Positions 27,977 to 38,651 of a stretch of DNA of 64,000 bases are shown here, piece by piece. The notes under the pieces are model-generated. The model ran no database searches, was not told where the DNA came from, and saw nothing but the letters and a program-made list of their open reading frames with translations. The first letter of the stretch is position 1. Every line of letters begins with the position of its first letter. This stretch comes from Perkinsela sp. CCAP 1560/9 (Eukaryota; Protista; Euglenozoa: Kinetoplastea): contig CBFFSA010000007.1 of the NCBI GenBank assembly GCA_965644495.1, positions 372,001 to 436,000 on the forward strand. Reading direction: 5' to 3'. The position numbers were made by a program, and so were the translations under genes.

Positions 27977-30706
27977 ATGAAGAAAGCTAAAATATTTGCC
28001 CGCAAGGTGGTTACGGTAAAAAATCGTTTCCCTGAGCCAAAGAGTCATGATAGAGCTATGGCTGGATCCCCAAAACTTCGGAGTGATGTGCATTGCGGGA
28101 TTATCGGATGCAGCGAATGCGTTTTATTTGAGCTGCCCGACGAAAGTGGCACGTTGCGTGCCGACAAGCCAATAGTAATTCCAACTGATTTTGTGCTAAG
28201 GAAATTTCACGACATTTTATCCCAATCCAGTGTTCAAAACGTTGTTCTTCTAGCTACCGTCGCAAAGCAGCTTCAATCTCAACATAGAACTGTGTACATG
28301 GCAATGACATCCAATAAAGCACCATGGTGGTATTATTTTCCGAACGATTTTCACCTCGGGACGTACGTTGCAAAGCACGAAACCGGACAAAGCGCAGATT
28401 CCGATGAAGGAGGAGATTTTACAATTGCTTGTGTGAATAAAGCCGTAGAGTGGTACCGTAGTCACACATCACTTCACGTCATTCAGTTAATTACATACGA
28501 TGATGTATTGCAGTTTGTTCAACATACCCTCGGGAAAAGTGATATGTGGGGTGATCGCATAACTGAAACCTTCGAAGAACTCCTGAACTCAGATCACGCT
28601 AAGTCAAACGCTGAAAATGAGCCTTCATCCAAACTAAGTTGTACAGAACATCTTTCCGAAAAGGAAATGAAGTCCCTAATCTCTTCCGGGAAGGCATTCA
28701 GTGCAACACTTGACTCGACTGCTGCATTTTTCGCATCATGCATGTGTCGGTGCCAGGATACGACGCTATCGCGTGTACAGATCTCAGGGGCACATGCTAT
28801 CAACCGGGCACTTCACGGAGACACTGTGTGTATTGAAATTTTGGAAAAGAACGACACAGATCCCGATGCAAGAGAGAATCTCACTGGGCGTGTGAGAGGC
28901 ATCCTGCAAAAAGGACGAAGAACCATTTGTGGTGTCATTGATGTTGAAAATCCGGGCTTGTTCTTACCCCGAAACTCCAAATTTCCAAAGATCAAACTTT
29001 TGGCACGAAGCCCTGAGCGATGGAGTAATTACTGGCTTCTACTTTCCGTTGAGGAGTGGAAATGCGATGCTACTTACCCCTCTGGTCACGTAGTAGAAAA
29101 CTTGGGCCCTCGCGGCGATAAAGATGTTGAAGCGAAGGTAATCCTATTCGAGCATAATATTCCCCACTACGATTTCAGTCAATCAGTTCTCGCCTGTTTA
29201 CCAACCGGCGAGTGGATTGCAGCTTCGACGGGTCGTCGAGATATGCGGCACATTGCGATATGTAGTGTTGATCCCGAAGGATGCAAGGATATTGACGATG
29301 CACTGCACTGCGTCACTTTAGAAAATGGTAATTTTGAAGTAGGTGTTCATATTGCTGACGTATCCCATTTTGTCAAGGAGGGCACTGAGTTAGATCTTGA
29401 AGCTCGTCGAAGAGGCACTAGTGTATATTTGGTAGACCGACGAATTGATATGCTTCCGAAACTCTTTACTGAGAATTTGTGTTCGCTAGTAAGTGGTGAA
29501 GATCGCTATACATTTTCCGCTCTTTTTGAAGTTGATTCAAATTGCAATTTGGTGCGCGCTGCGTATTGTAAAGGTATAGTCTGTAGTCGGGCCAGTTTAT
29601 CTTATGAAGTCGCTCAAGGCATTATCGATAACGATAAGAGTACGTCTGAATTGGCTGCTCCATTACGAAATCTCTTGCACTTGAGCAAATGTTTGAAGGC
29701 GAAAAGGAAGGAAGCAGGAGCAGTGTTCCTTCATTCTCTTGAGTTCAAATTTAAACTGGATGATCATCATCTGAATCCAACAGACATGATACAGTATGAA
29801 TCGTACGATACGAATTCAATGATAGAAGAATGGATGTTATTTGCCAATCAAGCAGTAGCACAAGAGATTTTTAACGCCTCGCCCCAATGGGCACTGTTGC
29901 GAAGGCACACGCCGCCCAACCCCTCACTACTAGAGCCACTGAATCAAGCTTTAAAACAACGGGGACTGCAGCTTGACGCCCGATCATCGGGAGCGCTAAA
30001 CGCTTCGCTGGAAAAATGCGTACAAGTTGATGATGCACAATTTCAAAATATAGTACGCGCAATGGCAACCAGGTGTATGCAAAGAGCTACGTACATTAGC
30101 AGTGGGGACTTCAAGGCTGATGAATATTCACACTTTGGGTTGGCCTTACCCATATACACTCATTTCACGAGCCCCATACGCCGATATGCCGATCTTCTAG
30201 TGCATCGACAGTTAGAAGCGGCAATTGGACACTCCTCCCCATCGCTGCAACATAGCACCGAAGGCTACATGACTGAAACAGCTACCATACTAAACATCAG
30301 ACATGAGAATGCGCAAAGTGCTGGACGTGACAGTCAGTCCATACACACCCAATATTACGTTTACCAAAATATGGATACCGGACTTTGCACTAAGCAACAG
30401 GAACCTCTTGCGGCGCAAAATGTTCGTGGGTATATCACGCGCAAGAGGCAAGATGGAGTTTTCATGGTGTTGCTGCCTCGCCTTGGATTAGAAGGTCCCA
30501 TACAGGATGTGGAGTGCACAAGCACTACAGATACGGGGAAGACGAAAGATTTAGATCTACTCTCCGCGGTTCAAATCGACGTTGTGAAAGTAGGAAATAC
30601 CAAAAAAGAGAGCCGCATACAGAATATCAGTGGTCGGTTTACATTTCGTAAGCACGATCCCTTGGACGCTTTCCTGACAGAGCCCGAACATAAACTTTCA
30701 TCTTAA
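27977..30706 (+). CDS. RRP44: Exosome exoribonuclease Rrp44/Dis3
   Basis: CR3 cysteines, PIN-like region, NRALHGDTV, SVDPEGCKDIDDALH, VGVHIADV and YTHFTSPIRRYAD. Confidence 0.95.
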   Translation: MKKAKIFARKVVTVKNRFPEPKSHDRAMAGSPKLRSDVHCGIIGCSECVLFELPDESGTLRADKPIVIPTDFVLRKFHDILSQSSVQNVVLLATVAKQLQSQHRTVYMAMTSNKAPWWYYFPNDFHLGTYVAKHETGQSADSDEGGDFTIACVNKAVEWYRSHTSLHVIQLITYDDVLQFVQHTLGKSDMWGDRITETFEELLNSDHAKSNAENEPSSKLSCTEHLSEKEMKSLISSGKAFSATLDSTAAFFASCMCRCQDTTLSRVQISGAHAINRALHGDTVCIEILEKNDTDPDARENLTGRVRGILQKGRRTICGVIDVENPGLFLPRNSKFPKIKLLARSPERWSNYWLLLSVEEWKCDATYPSGHVVENLGPRGDKDVEAKVILFEHNIPHYDFSQSVLACLPTGEWIAASTGRRDMRHIAICSVDPEGCKDIDDALHCVTLENGNFEVGVHIADVSHFVKEGTELDLEARRRGTSVYLVDRRIDMLPKLFTENLCSLVSGEDRYTFSALFEVDSNCNLVRAAYCKGIVCSRASLSYEVAQGIIDNDKSTSELAAPLRNLLHLSKCLKAKRKEAGAVFLHSLEFKFKLDDHHLNPTDMIQYESYDTNSMIEEWMLFANQAVAQEIFNASPQWALLRRHTPPNPSLLEPLNQALKQRGLQLDARSSGALNASLEKCVQVDDAQFQNIVRAMATRCMQRATYISSGDFKADEYSHFGLALPIYTHFTSPIRRYADLLVHRQLEAAIGHSSPSLQHSTEGYMTETATILNIRHENAQSAGRDSQSIHTQYYVYQNMDTGLCTKQQEPLAAQNVRGYITRKRQDGVFMVLLPRLGLEGPIQDVECTSTTDTGKTKDLDLLSAVQIDVVKVGNTKKESRIQNISGRFTFRKHDPLDAFLTEPEHKLSS

Positions 30707-31013
30707 ACTACGCAGAGCAACAAAGCTAGGCGGCTTATACTGATTCATTAGGCGCCTTGTTCATTTCGTTCATCTCACTTACTGCATTTCATAATTGGCA
30801 TCCTTACCTTAACTATGCTTGAAAAGAGAAATCAAGGACGATACATCATAAATGAATTTCCTTTAAATTGACACATGCGCGTATTTTGCAGTCTTTAATC
30901 CCCGAAACCAAAATCTAAATTATTCAATTTCTTATCATCAGAGTTCAAAACGAATTATTAATTCACATTTTACATCCTTTCCCCTTTTCCTCATTTTCCT
31001 CCCCAACCCATCC

Positions 31014-33098
31014 ATGCAGTCCTACGCTCCGCCCGATCCCTCCGGCGCACCCCTCTCCAACCCTTCCTACTACGACTTAATGTACCAACGCGGTTCCGCG
31101 CCCCATCCCCTCATTCCCCAACCTATCCCCCCACCCCATCACCCCCCACCTTCTTCTATCCCTCCCCTTCCACCCTCCCCCTATCCCTCCTATTCCCCCC
31201 AGCCCCCACCCCCCCCCGCCCCCTACCCCCCTGCCCCCTACCCCGACCCCTCTGCCCTGAACCCCTGGTCCCCGAGCCCCACCCCCCCTTCCCTCCCCGA
31301 CACCAGCACCAGCACCAGCGACCCCACCGCCTACTACGCCGGGTTCCACGACGGCACCCTGCGCCTCAGCCCCTTCGCCCCCGGCAGCCTGGCCTCCTGG
31401 CTCGCCCCCCTCGCGGCCAACCTGCTGCTGTTCCTCGGCCCCGTGCTCTACATGCGCGCGCGCATGGCCCAGGCCGCGGCGAAGTCCGGCGCACCCTCCT
31501 CCCCGAGCGCGCTGATGGAGATGTTCAACCCGCTGAAGTCCCGCGACTTCCGGGTCGACGTGAAGGGGACCACGTTCGCGGAGGTGATTGGGATCGAGGA
31601 GGCGAAGCGGGAGGTGCGGCAGTACGTGGACTTTCTGCGGCACCCGGAGAAGTACACGAAACTCGGGGGCCGACTCCCGAAGGGGTGTCTGCTGACGGGG
31701 CGCCCGGGGACGGGGAAGACGTTGCTGGCGAAGGCCGTCGCGGGGGAGGCGGGGGTTCCGTTTTTTTGTTGCAGTGGGGCGGATTTTATTGAGGTTTTTG
31801 GGGGGAGTGGACCGAAACGGGTGCGAGAGCTGTTTGCTGCGGCGCGGGCTGCCGGAAAGTGTGTTGTTTTTATTGATGAAATTGATGCGATCGGGAGTAG
31901 AAGTAGTGGCAGGGGGATGGGCGGGGTGTCCTCGGAGGAGAATCGGACGATCAACCAACTGCTCTCTGAATTGGACGGCATGCAGAGTTCGGAGAATATT
32001 ATCGTTCTCGCGGCTACAAACTTCCCTGAAGCAATAGATAAGGCATTAATGCGCGAGGGACGCTTTGATCGCAAAGTTAATATACCAATGCCCGATGAGG
32101 CCGCTCGTGCGGACCTTTTTGAATTCTACATGAATCGAGTTACTACTGGTGATCCGAACAGTAAAATAAATGTGGCATCTAATGCGGAAGGATCTGTCCA
32201 GAATGACCGGAATTTAAGCGAAAAGAAAGTTGATATTGCACAGGAAGTGTCCTCGAATCTTATAGTACCAGGTGTCAGTAACAAGTTAATGTCGTCTTGC
32301 TTAGCGGATCGCACGCCCGGCGTATCGCCAGCTCAAATTTCAACCATCGTAAATGAAGCGGCCCTTAGCGCCGCAGTGTCAGAGCAGAAGTATGTTTCCT
32401 TGAAATATTTTCAAGAAGCCATTGACGATGTTCTGATTGGGAAGAAGCATAGGCAACGAATGGGAGATGCAGCACTCCGCCGTACTGCATTTCATGAAAG
32501 TGGTCATTGCCTTACCGCATGGCTCAGTCCATTGCAAAAAGATGTCATCAAACTGAGCATAATTCCCCGTGGAAAGGCGGGAGGCTACACGCAGCAAGTA
32601 CAGGACGAAGCTTTGAATCCGCACACGAATGATTTTCTCTTTTCTAATCTTTGCGTACTGGCAGGTGGTAGAGTTGCTGAACAACTAATTTTTGGGGATG
32701 TGAGTACTGGAGCCATGGACGATTTACAACGCGCAACGAAACTTGCTATGGATAAGTTGCTTTTGTATGGGATGAGTGAGGCACCACGAGAATTACGCGA
32801 AGGTACATTAGATGAAACGAAAAATCCGATTAGCAAGAAATCGGGAACGATGCTTTCTTTTCAGTACGATAGTACGAAAAGCGAGGGACGCGGTTGGATG
32901 CCATTTAGCGAAAGTCATCACGCGAAGGTCGAAACTGAGGCGAAATGTATGGTAGATAGAGCGTTTGCTTATACTGAAAATTTGTTAAAACAAAATTTGA
33001 GTTTACTAACTGAACTTGCTGAGCGGCTGCTGAAAGACAAAGAGCTTGATAGGGACGCAATAATTGTTGTGCTAGGTAAACGCGACACTGTCAGCTAG
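31014..33098 (+). CDS. FtsH-family (m-AAA/paraplegin-like) ATP-dependent zinc metalloprotease
   Basis: Walker A GRPGTGKT, Walker B FIDEID, SRH ATN..DKALMREGRFDR and HESGH zinc motif, with a Pro-rich N-terminus and one TM. Confidence 0.95.
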   Translation: MQSYAPPDPSGAPLSNPSYYDLMYQRGSAPHPLIPQPIPPPHHPPPSSIPPLPPSPYPSYSPQPPPPPAPYPPAPYPDPSALNPWSPSPTPPSLPDTSTSTSDPTAYYAGFHDGTLRLSPFAPGSLASWLAPLAANLLLFLGPVLYMRARMAQAAAKSGAPSSPSALMEMFNPLKSRDFRVDVKGTTFAEVIGIEEAKREVRQYVDFLRHPEKYTKLGGRLPKGCLLTGRPGTGKTLLAKAVAGEAGVPFFCCSGADFIEVFGGSGPKRVRELFAAARAAGKCVVFIDEIDAIGSRSSGRGMGGVSSEENRTINQLLSELDGMQSSENIIVLAATNFPEAIDKALMREGRFDRKVNIPMPDEAARADLFEFYMNRVTTGDPNSKINVASNAEGSVQNDRNLSEKKVDIAQEVSSNLIVPGVSNKLMSSCLADRTPGVSPAQISTIVNEAALSAAVSEQKYVSLKYFQEAIDDVLIGKKHRQRMGDAALRRTAFHESGHCLTAWLSPLQKDVIKLSIIPRGKAGGYTQQVQDEALNPHTNDFLFSNLCVLAGGRVAEQLIFGDVSTGAMDDLQRATKLAMDKLLLYGMSEAPRELREGTLDETKNPISKKSGTMLSFQYDSTKSEGRGWMPFSESHHAKVETEAKCMVDRAFAYTENLLKQNLSLLTELAERLLKDKELDRDAIIVVLGKRDTVS

Positions 33099-33655
33099 GA
33101 GCAAGTACGTTCATTGGTGCAAACATGTTCGCGTGTATGATATCATGAAGTGTACGGAAGTGGATGTCACATTCTGTGAATGGATTGTACACATACGGAA
33201 TGCAAGGGTATAGTGCATGTATAGTGTTTATAGTTAAATTTAAATACACATGTACATGTACGTACATGTACATGTACGTACTACTGTATGTATGGTAGCA
33301 GAAAGTTTTACCTTCGTGAAACGTCCTACTGTTGTAGATAAGGATTTTCCTCATCAAAAATCTGAAAAATGGGTAATAGCTCAAAGAAAATGACGACACT
33401 GGAAGATACAGAAGTACATGTTTTTCGAAGTTTTTGGAGCTTGACAGTCAAGAAGCGATACCTGCGCATATAAACGTTTACATAAATAAATGTATAAATA
33501 CACATGTTTAAATATACAATGTACGTGTACATGAGTGTATCGTCTGTGAATCGACATCTATGTCAAGTATCTAACTAGATATGCTCATATGATGTTTCAA
33601 ACCAATACTTTGTTGAACTGCAGCCCTCAATGTGAGTCTGTGTGTATGTCTTCGT

Positions 33656-35548
33656 ATGTCAATGACCGCCACACTCAATCGAACGCTTGGCTCGAAACCT
33701 GGGTCAAAGATGCCAAGCTATTTTAATCTTTTTCGGAGAACAGGAGCGCTTCGCATATCAGGAACGGGGGCGCATTTCTATTATCGCCTTAGTAACACTA
33801 ATGATTTGAAGACGACACCGCATTCTTTGGAATTAATACATGCCCTCCATGATTTTCAAGTAGAAGGATCAATAGTCCTGTTGTATTCCATAGGTTACTT
33901 GTTGCTCGACAAGCCTGGAGCAATGACACTTTCAAACTTGTGGAAACAACTAAATACGTGTTCCCATGTATTGCCCATTCTCAAACAGGGAGGGCTGCTC
34001 CCAGAATCTTCGTCTTCCGGTTCAAATGGTCTGAGAATAACGTACAGTGACTGCTTGAAAACGCACGGAAATACAGTTGAATGTTTGTACAACCTGCTGG
34101 TTTCGCATCCTCGAATCTATAAGATATCTTTGCCTGGGCTCCACCACAAATCGACACACGATTCCCAGCCGGGTAGACCTACTCAAACTTTACGGAGACA
34201 TCAAGATGTCGAAATACTGGAAAATGTAGAGCAGAACAAACCAAACATTAGAAAGAGCGCACGTCCGTTGTCGGCTGTGCCATTAGAGTCTTCATCAAAG
34301 CGAGATGTTTCCTCTCTGGAAAACCTGACCACTAGAAACAGCATGTCGTCGGATAGCCCTAGATCATTGTCTTTAACTCCTGTTATCCGTAATCATGGAG
34401 ATGCACTAGTAGAGTTTTCTACAGATGTGTCAGTTCTCCGATGCATTGTTCGGGCGTTTAGCAAGTCTGCTCTTCTCGTCAATCAATGCCTTGATAGCAA
34501 TTCATCTTCGCTTTCAATGAGCCTTTGTACTTGCGACGTTAGAAACCTGAGTAGCTGTCTGGACAAACCAACACATTCCTATATGGCTTTACGCGGACAT
34601 AGTTCTCTAGCAACATTCGCCATTCGTAATCTGTATAACTTTTTTGTCTTCAAGTGTGAATCGAATACGTCGCATAATTGTTGGACATCGTATCCTGATA
34701 ACAATGTCATGTGTACGCATATGTGGCCAATTGGGAGCCTTCCTGGGATTCGCTTTCGCTCCAAACACTATCTGCTGAACTGGCCTCCGGATCAATTTAG
34801 CGACAGTACATCAACCTCAAGTCCTGCACTGTCTTTTGAGAAGCTAAGCAGAGCAATCACAGTAAAAAGCAATAATCCAAAGACCCACACAAACATAGAT
34901 CCTTTGGATGTTCCATGGCTATGGCTACTCAGTCCCTTGGAGAACTCTCATCCATGGCAATCACGATTTCTTATATTAGACGTAATACAACGCATGTTGT
35001 TGGGAGTTGCCGAGGAATCAACTGCTTTGATTCTTTCCCAGGCGATAGGTACTGCAATGTGTTTAGGGCTGTCGTCAAAAGCTCGTTTACTCTTCAATAA
35101 ATGTAACATAGATTTGCAAGACTTGTGTCTGAAATTTGGGAGCTTTTACGAAATTTCTTTATTGCAGTATACAAAATGCGTGAAACGGTACGGCAGGTTG
35201 ATTGGATTACTGCTAGAATCTGAAGATAAAAATCGTGATCACGAGCCGATTGAAAAGAGATTGGTACGGCGCTGCAAGTCCCTATTTTCTGCTGACGCCG
35301 AACTCGAATCAACTTCCAAAACTGAAGTGATCCACAATCTTGATCAGGAGGATGGAACAGGGACAGTGCCCTTGTACCTAAGTTTTAGACAGTATTCTAA
35401 TGAATTGCTTCAATGGCTGCAAAGTCTTATACCTACCGAGTGGACCTCACATTCTAATCTTTCACATAAACTAAAGTCAGCCAATATAGGATTTTCCATA
35501 CATAAAAGAAAGCACTTTATCTACGCCATGATACACTTCTCATTTTGA
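33656..35548 (+). CDS. Hypothetical protein; probable N-terminal part of one gene with 35667-38258
   Basis: 630-aa ORF ending TTT-TGA. The downstream frame is already open from 35532. Confidence 0.6.
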   Translation: MSMTATLNRTLGSKPGSKMPSYFNLFRRTGALRISGTGAHFYYRLSNTNDLKTTPHSLELIHALHDFQVEGSIVLLYSIGYLLLDKPGAMTLSNLWKQLNTCSHVLPILKQGGLLPESSSSGSNGLRITYSDCLKTHGNTVECLYNLLVSHPRIYKISLPGLHHKSTHDSQPGRPTQTLRRHQDVEILENVEQNKPNIRKSARPLSAVPLESSSKRDVSSLENLTTRNSMSSDSPRSLSLTPVIRNHGDALVEFSTDVSVLRCIVRAFSKSALLVNQCLDSNSSSLSMSLCTCDVRNLSSCLDKPTHSYMALRGHSSLATFAIRNLYNFFVFKCESNTSHNCWTSYPDNNVMCTHMWPIGSLPGIRFRSKHYLLNWPPDQFSDSTSTSSPALSFEKLSRAITVKSNNPKTHTNIDPLDVPWLWLLSPLENSHPWQSRFLILDVIQRMLLGVAEESTALILSQAIGTAMCLGLSSKARLLFNKCNIDLQDLCLKFGSFYEISLLQYTKCVKRYGRLIGLLLESEDKNRDHEPIEKRLVRRCKSLFSADAELESTSKTEVIHNLDQEDGTGTVPLYLSFRQYSNELLQWLQSLIPTEWTSHSNLSHKLKSANIGFSIHKRKHFIYAMIHFSF

Positions 35549-35666
35549 TCTTTCAATCGGGTACGCAAGGACGGATGGACGATACAATGAAGGACGCGTT
35601 TCATTTGAATTTTATGTTAGGAGGAAACTCAAGGATTGGTCTATATTTCGACCTTCCACCACGAAA

Positions 35667-38258
35667 ATGCAACGTTGTTGTTTAGTTGACTCCATATTTT
35701 GGTTTAGAGAAAAATCCAAATTAGTAACAAGTGAAACGCTGCAATATTTACTCGCCTTGCACCTGTCTCTAATTTTTCCGAATTGTTGCTTAATCCCCTT
35801 CAATATTGCTTTAAGCAATCTTCCGGAATCGCTGAAAACGGTTATGTCTCATCTAGCTGTATGTCCTGAAACTTTGATTCGATCTTATCCTAAATTCTTT
35901 GAAATTTATTATACTAAGAAATCAGCATTGGAGGTCAGAAGTCGGCTAGCTGTGTATAAAACGAACCCTGACGAAACTTCAGATTCCCGAATTTGTTGTA
36001 TTGAATGTTGTCCTAAGGAAGTCTCTGCAGTCCACGGATTTTGTCTTACTGATGCATATCTGTTTGAAAAATATGATCTGTTTTCACACCCCGTATCCTT
36101 GTTGATGCGCGAAGAATCTAACAAGATATCTAGTGTCTCTACGTGGAAAATTGCGAGGGATAAATTTCGGCACCAATACATCCAATTTCCAGCAAAAGAC
36201 ACAGGGCATCAATATTACTCAAGCGAAGAAAATCTTGGGAAAATAGAGACTAAAACAGACACAGACAGTTCGCAAATTAATGACGAAAGTAAGTCGACAA
36301 ACTTTGTAAGGAAGCGCGAAATGTTTTTGTGTAATCCTATAGCGCAGAGGGTTGTTTTGGTGGGGACAATTTGCGATGTTATTCAAAATATGACCTTGTC
36401 AAGTACAACTGCTCGAGAATGCAAGCAAACGTTCACAAACAATAGTGTTTCCATACCAGATTCAGATATACAAGAACATTACTTGGTTAAGGGGATGTTT
36501 AAGAATCTTGTTCCCGCCAAAGACATTGTATTAGCTCTTTCTAACCGCGAACAATTAATTTTGACGAAGCTTGTCGCGCAATGGAGTGACATGGAGGAGG
36601 ATCTTTTAGAGTTATCCACAGTATGTGCACAAGATACAATAGCTGCACCTTTGTATAAAGAATCCAAAGTTACAAACAACCTCGAAATGGATCATCTATC
36701 AGAATCGGCCAACGAAGGAACTGTATGCTTTTTCTGTTCGAAGTATCCCAATATTTTTTATTCTGACTCTCGGCGCAAATTGATAGGGTTGCATTCCAAT
36801 TTTGTTTATAAACCAGGAATAGCTTTCGCAGCGAATTCTGATGTAAATGATCTTCAACTCGCCACATCTTTGGATAAAAAGAAACGAGAAAAGCAGAATT
36901 CTCCAACTTTCAACACTTCACATCTATCACAGACATCGTTTTTGTCCTCTATCTACCGTCATTGGAACAGACCCCAATTTGAAAGTCTTTTGACCACTAT
37001 GCTCGCCCATTGGCCTTCTAGAGAATTGGCTCGCAACAAAATCTTTAAGGATCGTAGGGCACTAAGTCAAAGGCAGGTAAGTGAACTTTATCACGCAGAA
37101 ATTGCTTCAGATCAACATATTATCGAACGTAGACATCTCGCCTTGTGTCAATCGAATATGGAAAATCGCGGTTTACATTATCCTGAGCAGATTGCTAGAC
37201 GTGTGGAAGCGGAAATTCCTATCAAAGGCGAAATACGATGGTCCGCGCTTTGGCGTAGATTGGATTCAGAAACTCGGTTATCGATTCCTCGTAGAATAAC
37301 CAATTTTTTAACGTGTTTCCCAGAGCTCATACAGTACCGCGTGTTACAGGGAAGTCTCCTGCTTTCCCGTCCATCATATAATTTCGGTGATGATACGGAC
37401 GAAAAGGCGGTCGCACATACCAGGAAGCATTCTTATTCCAATAAGCTACCTATAGGGCATGATTATATAAATTACAAGTTATGTCCCAATGTTACTCGAA
37501 ACGGCTTTTCTAAATTACTTCTGTTTTGTATTTTGCCTCTTCAAAAAATTTCATTGCAGCGACTTTTACAAAGTTGTCCGGCAAGCCTGAATTTAAACCC
37601 CAAACAATTTGAGAGAGACACTGACAAAATCGAAATCACGTATTCTGAACGGTGCCCAACGCACATTCGCAGGACGGTTGCTAATGATATAGAAGGCCTT
37701 CAAAATTTCTGCGCATCAGATAATTCTAGCTTTGCAAAAAATGTTTCAAGCCTCACAAGGCGAGATGTACTAATTCTTCGCCAAATAGTTGATACCTTAG
37801 TACACAGAAAGGGTATGAATAAATTTCTATCCGGAAGAGAGGTGCTGGGAATTATTCACTCGAATTTTTCACAACCAGACCTCCTGAGCCACATTATATT
37901 ACTCGCTCGCAAAATCTCTTCCGTTCTGCATGTCAACGAGGTTGTTAAAACAATTTATCCCAATCATGAGGACTCACAATTGGAGCATAACCTAGATTTG
38001 ACTACAATCAAATTTGCCGATAGATACGTAGCTAGAAAAGACATCGCAAGGAATTGGGAAATTGCTTGTTTAGCCCATTCCTCCGCACTTAATATGAAGA
38101 ATTCGGGAGGTAAATTAGAAATATCACATTTTTACGACAAAATTCTCGATGCTAATATAAGAAAGAAGATGCAACGGGATGATGTCCAATGGATTTTAGA
38201 GCACTGTCCTTACATGCATATGAAGGCGACAACAATAGAGGTCAATGAATTTATCTGA
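35667..38258 (+). CDS. Hypothetical protein with recurring F/L-x2-Y/F-P-x2-F motifs (LOTUS/OST-HTH-like?)
   Basis: 863-aa ORF containing LIRSYPKFFEI, FCSKYPNIFY and FLTCFPELIQY. Confidence 0.65.
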   Translation: MQRCCLVDSIFWFREKSKLVTSETLQYLLALHLSLIFPNCCLIPFNIALSNLPESLKTVMSHLAVCPETLIRSYPKFFEIYYTKKSALEVRSRLAVYKTNPDETSDSRICCIECCPKEVSAVHGFCLTDAYLFEKYDLFSHPVSLLMREESNKISSVSTWKIARDKFRHQYIQFPAKDTGHQYYSSEENLGKIETKTDTDSSQINDESKSTNFVRKREMFLCNPIAQRVVLVGTICDVIQNMTLSSTTARECKQTFTNNSVSIPDSDIQEHYLVKGMFKNLVPAKDIVLALSNREQLILTKLVAQWSDMEEDLLELSTVCAQDTIAAPLYKESKVTNNLEMDHLSESANEGTVCFFCSKYPNIFYSDSRRKLIGLHSNFVYKPGIAFAANSDVNDLQLATSLDKKKREKQNSPTFNTSHLSQTSFLSSIYRHWNRPQFESLLTTMLAHWPSRELARNKIFKDRRALSQRQVSELYHAEIASDQHIIERRHLALCQSNMENRGLHYPEQIARRVEAEIPIKGEIRWSALWRRLDSETRLSIPRRITNFLTCFPELIQYRVLQGSLLLSRPSYNFGDDTDEKAVAHTRKHSYSNKLPIGHDYINYKLCPNVTRNGFSKLLLFCILPLQKISLQRLLQSCPASLNLNPKQFERDTDKIEITYSERCPTHIRRTVANDIEGLQNFCASDNSSFAKNVSSLTRRDVLILRQIVDTLVHRKGMNKFLSGREVLGIIHSNFSQPDLLSHIILLARKISSVLHVNEVVKTIYPNHEDSQLEHNLDLTTIKFADRYVARKDIARNWEIACLAHSSALNMKNSGGKLEISHFYDKILDANIRKKMQRDDVQWILEHCPYMHMKATTIEVNEFI

Positions 38259-38651
38259 AAAGTTATGATCCAAGAAAATACCTTCCATTTCAAGTTATCG
38301 GGGCTAGCGAATGCGGGGAGAGAAACGTTTGTACATCAGATGTATTAAGCACATGTACATACACTTATCGTTTAATTTTAAATTTCATAAATTTTATGAC
38401 AGATGCTAGATCTTTTTCCATGGAATGATCTGATGATCACTTTCATGAAGAGCAAACGTATGCATTGTTCGACGGGGCAATTAAGATTGCATTTGTAACA
38501 TTACAACATTAATAAATTTATATTACTAAATTTATATTATTACTTATACTGGCTATATTATTTTCAAGTAGAAAAGATAAAATAACTGAAAAGATAATAA
38601 CTGAAACTAATAACATATTATGTACCAGTAACTTATTACATACCACCTTAT

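Noticed and set aside
31077-32074. Long antisense ORFs (293 and 208 aa) over FtsH
   Set aside because: Shadow ORFs caused by the extreme GC island.
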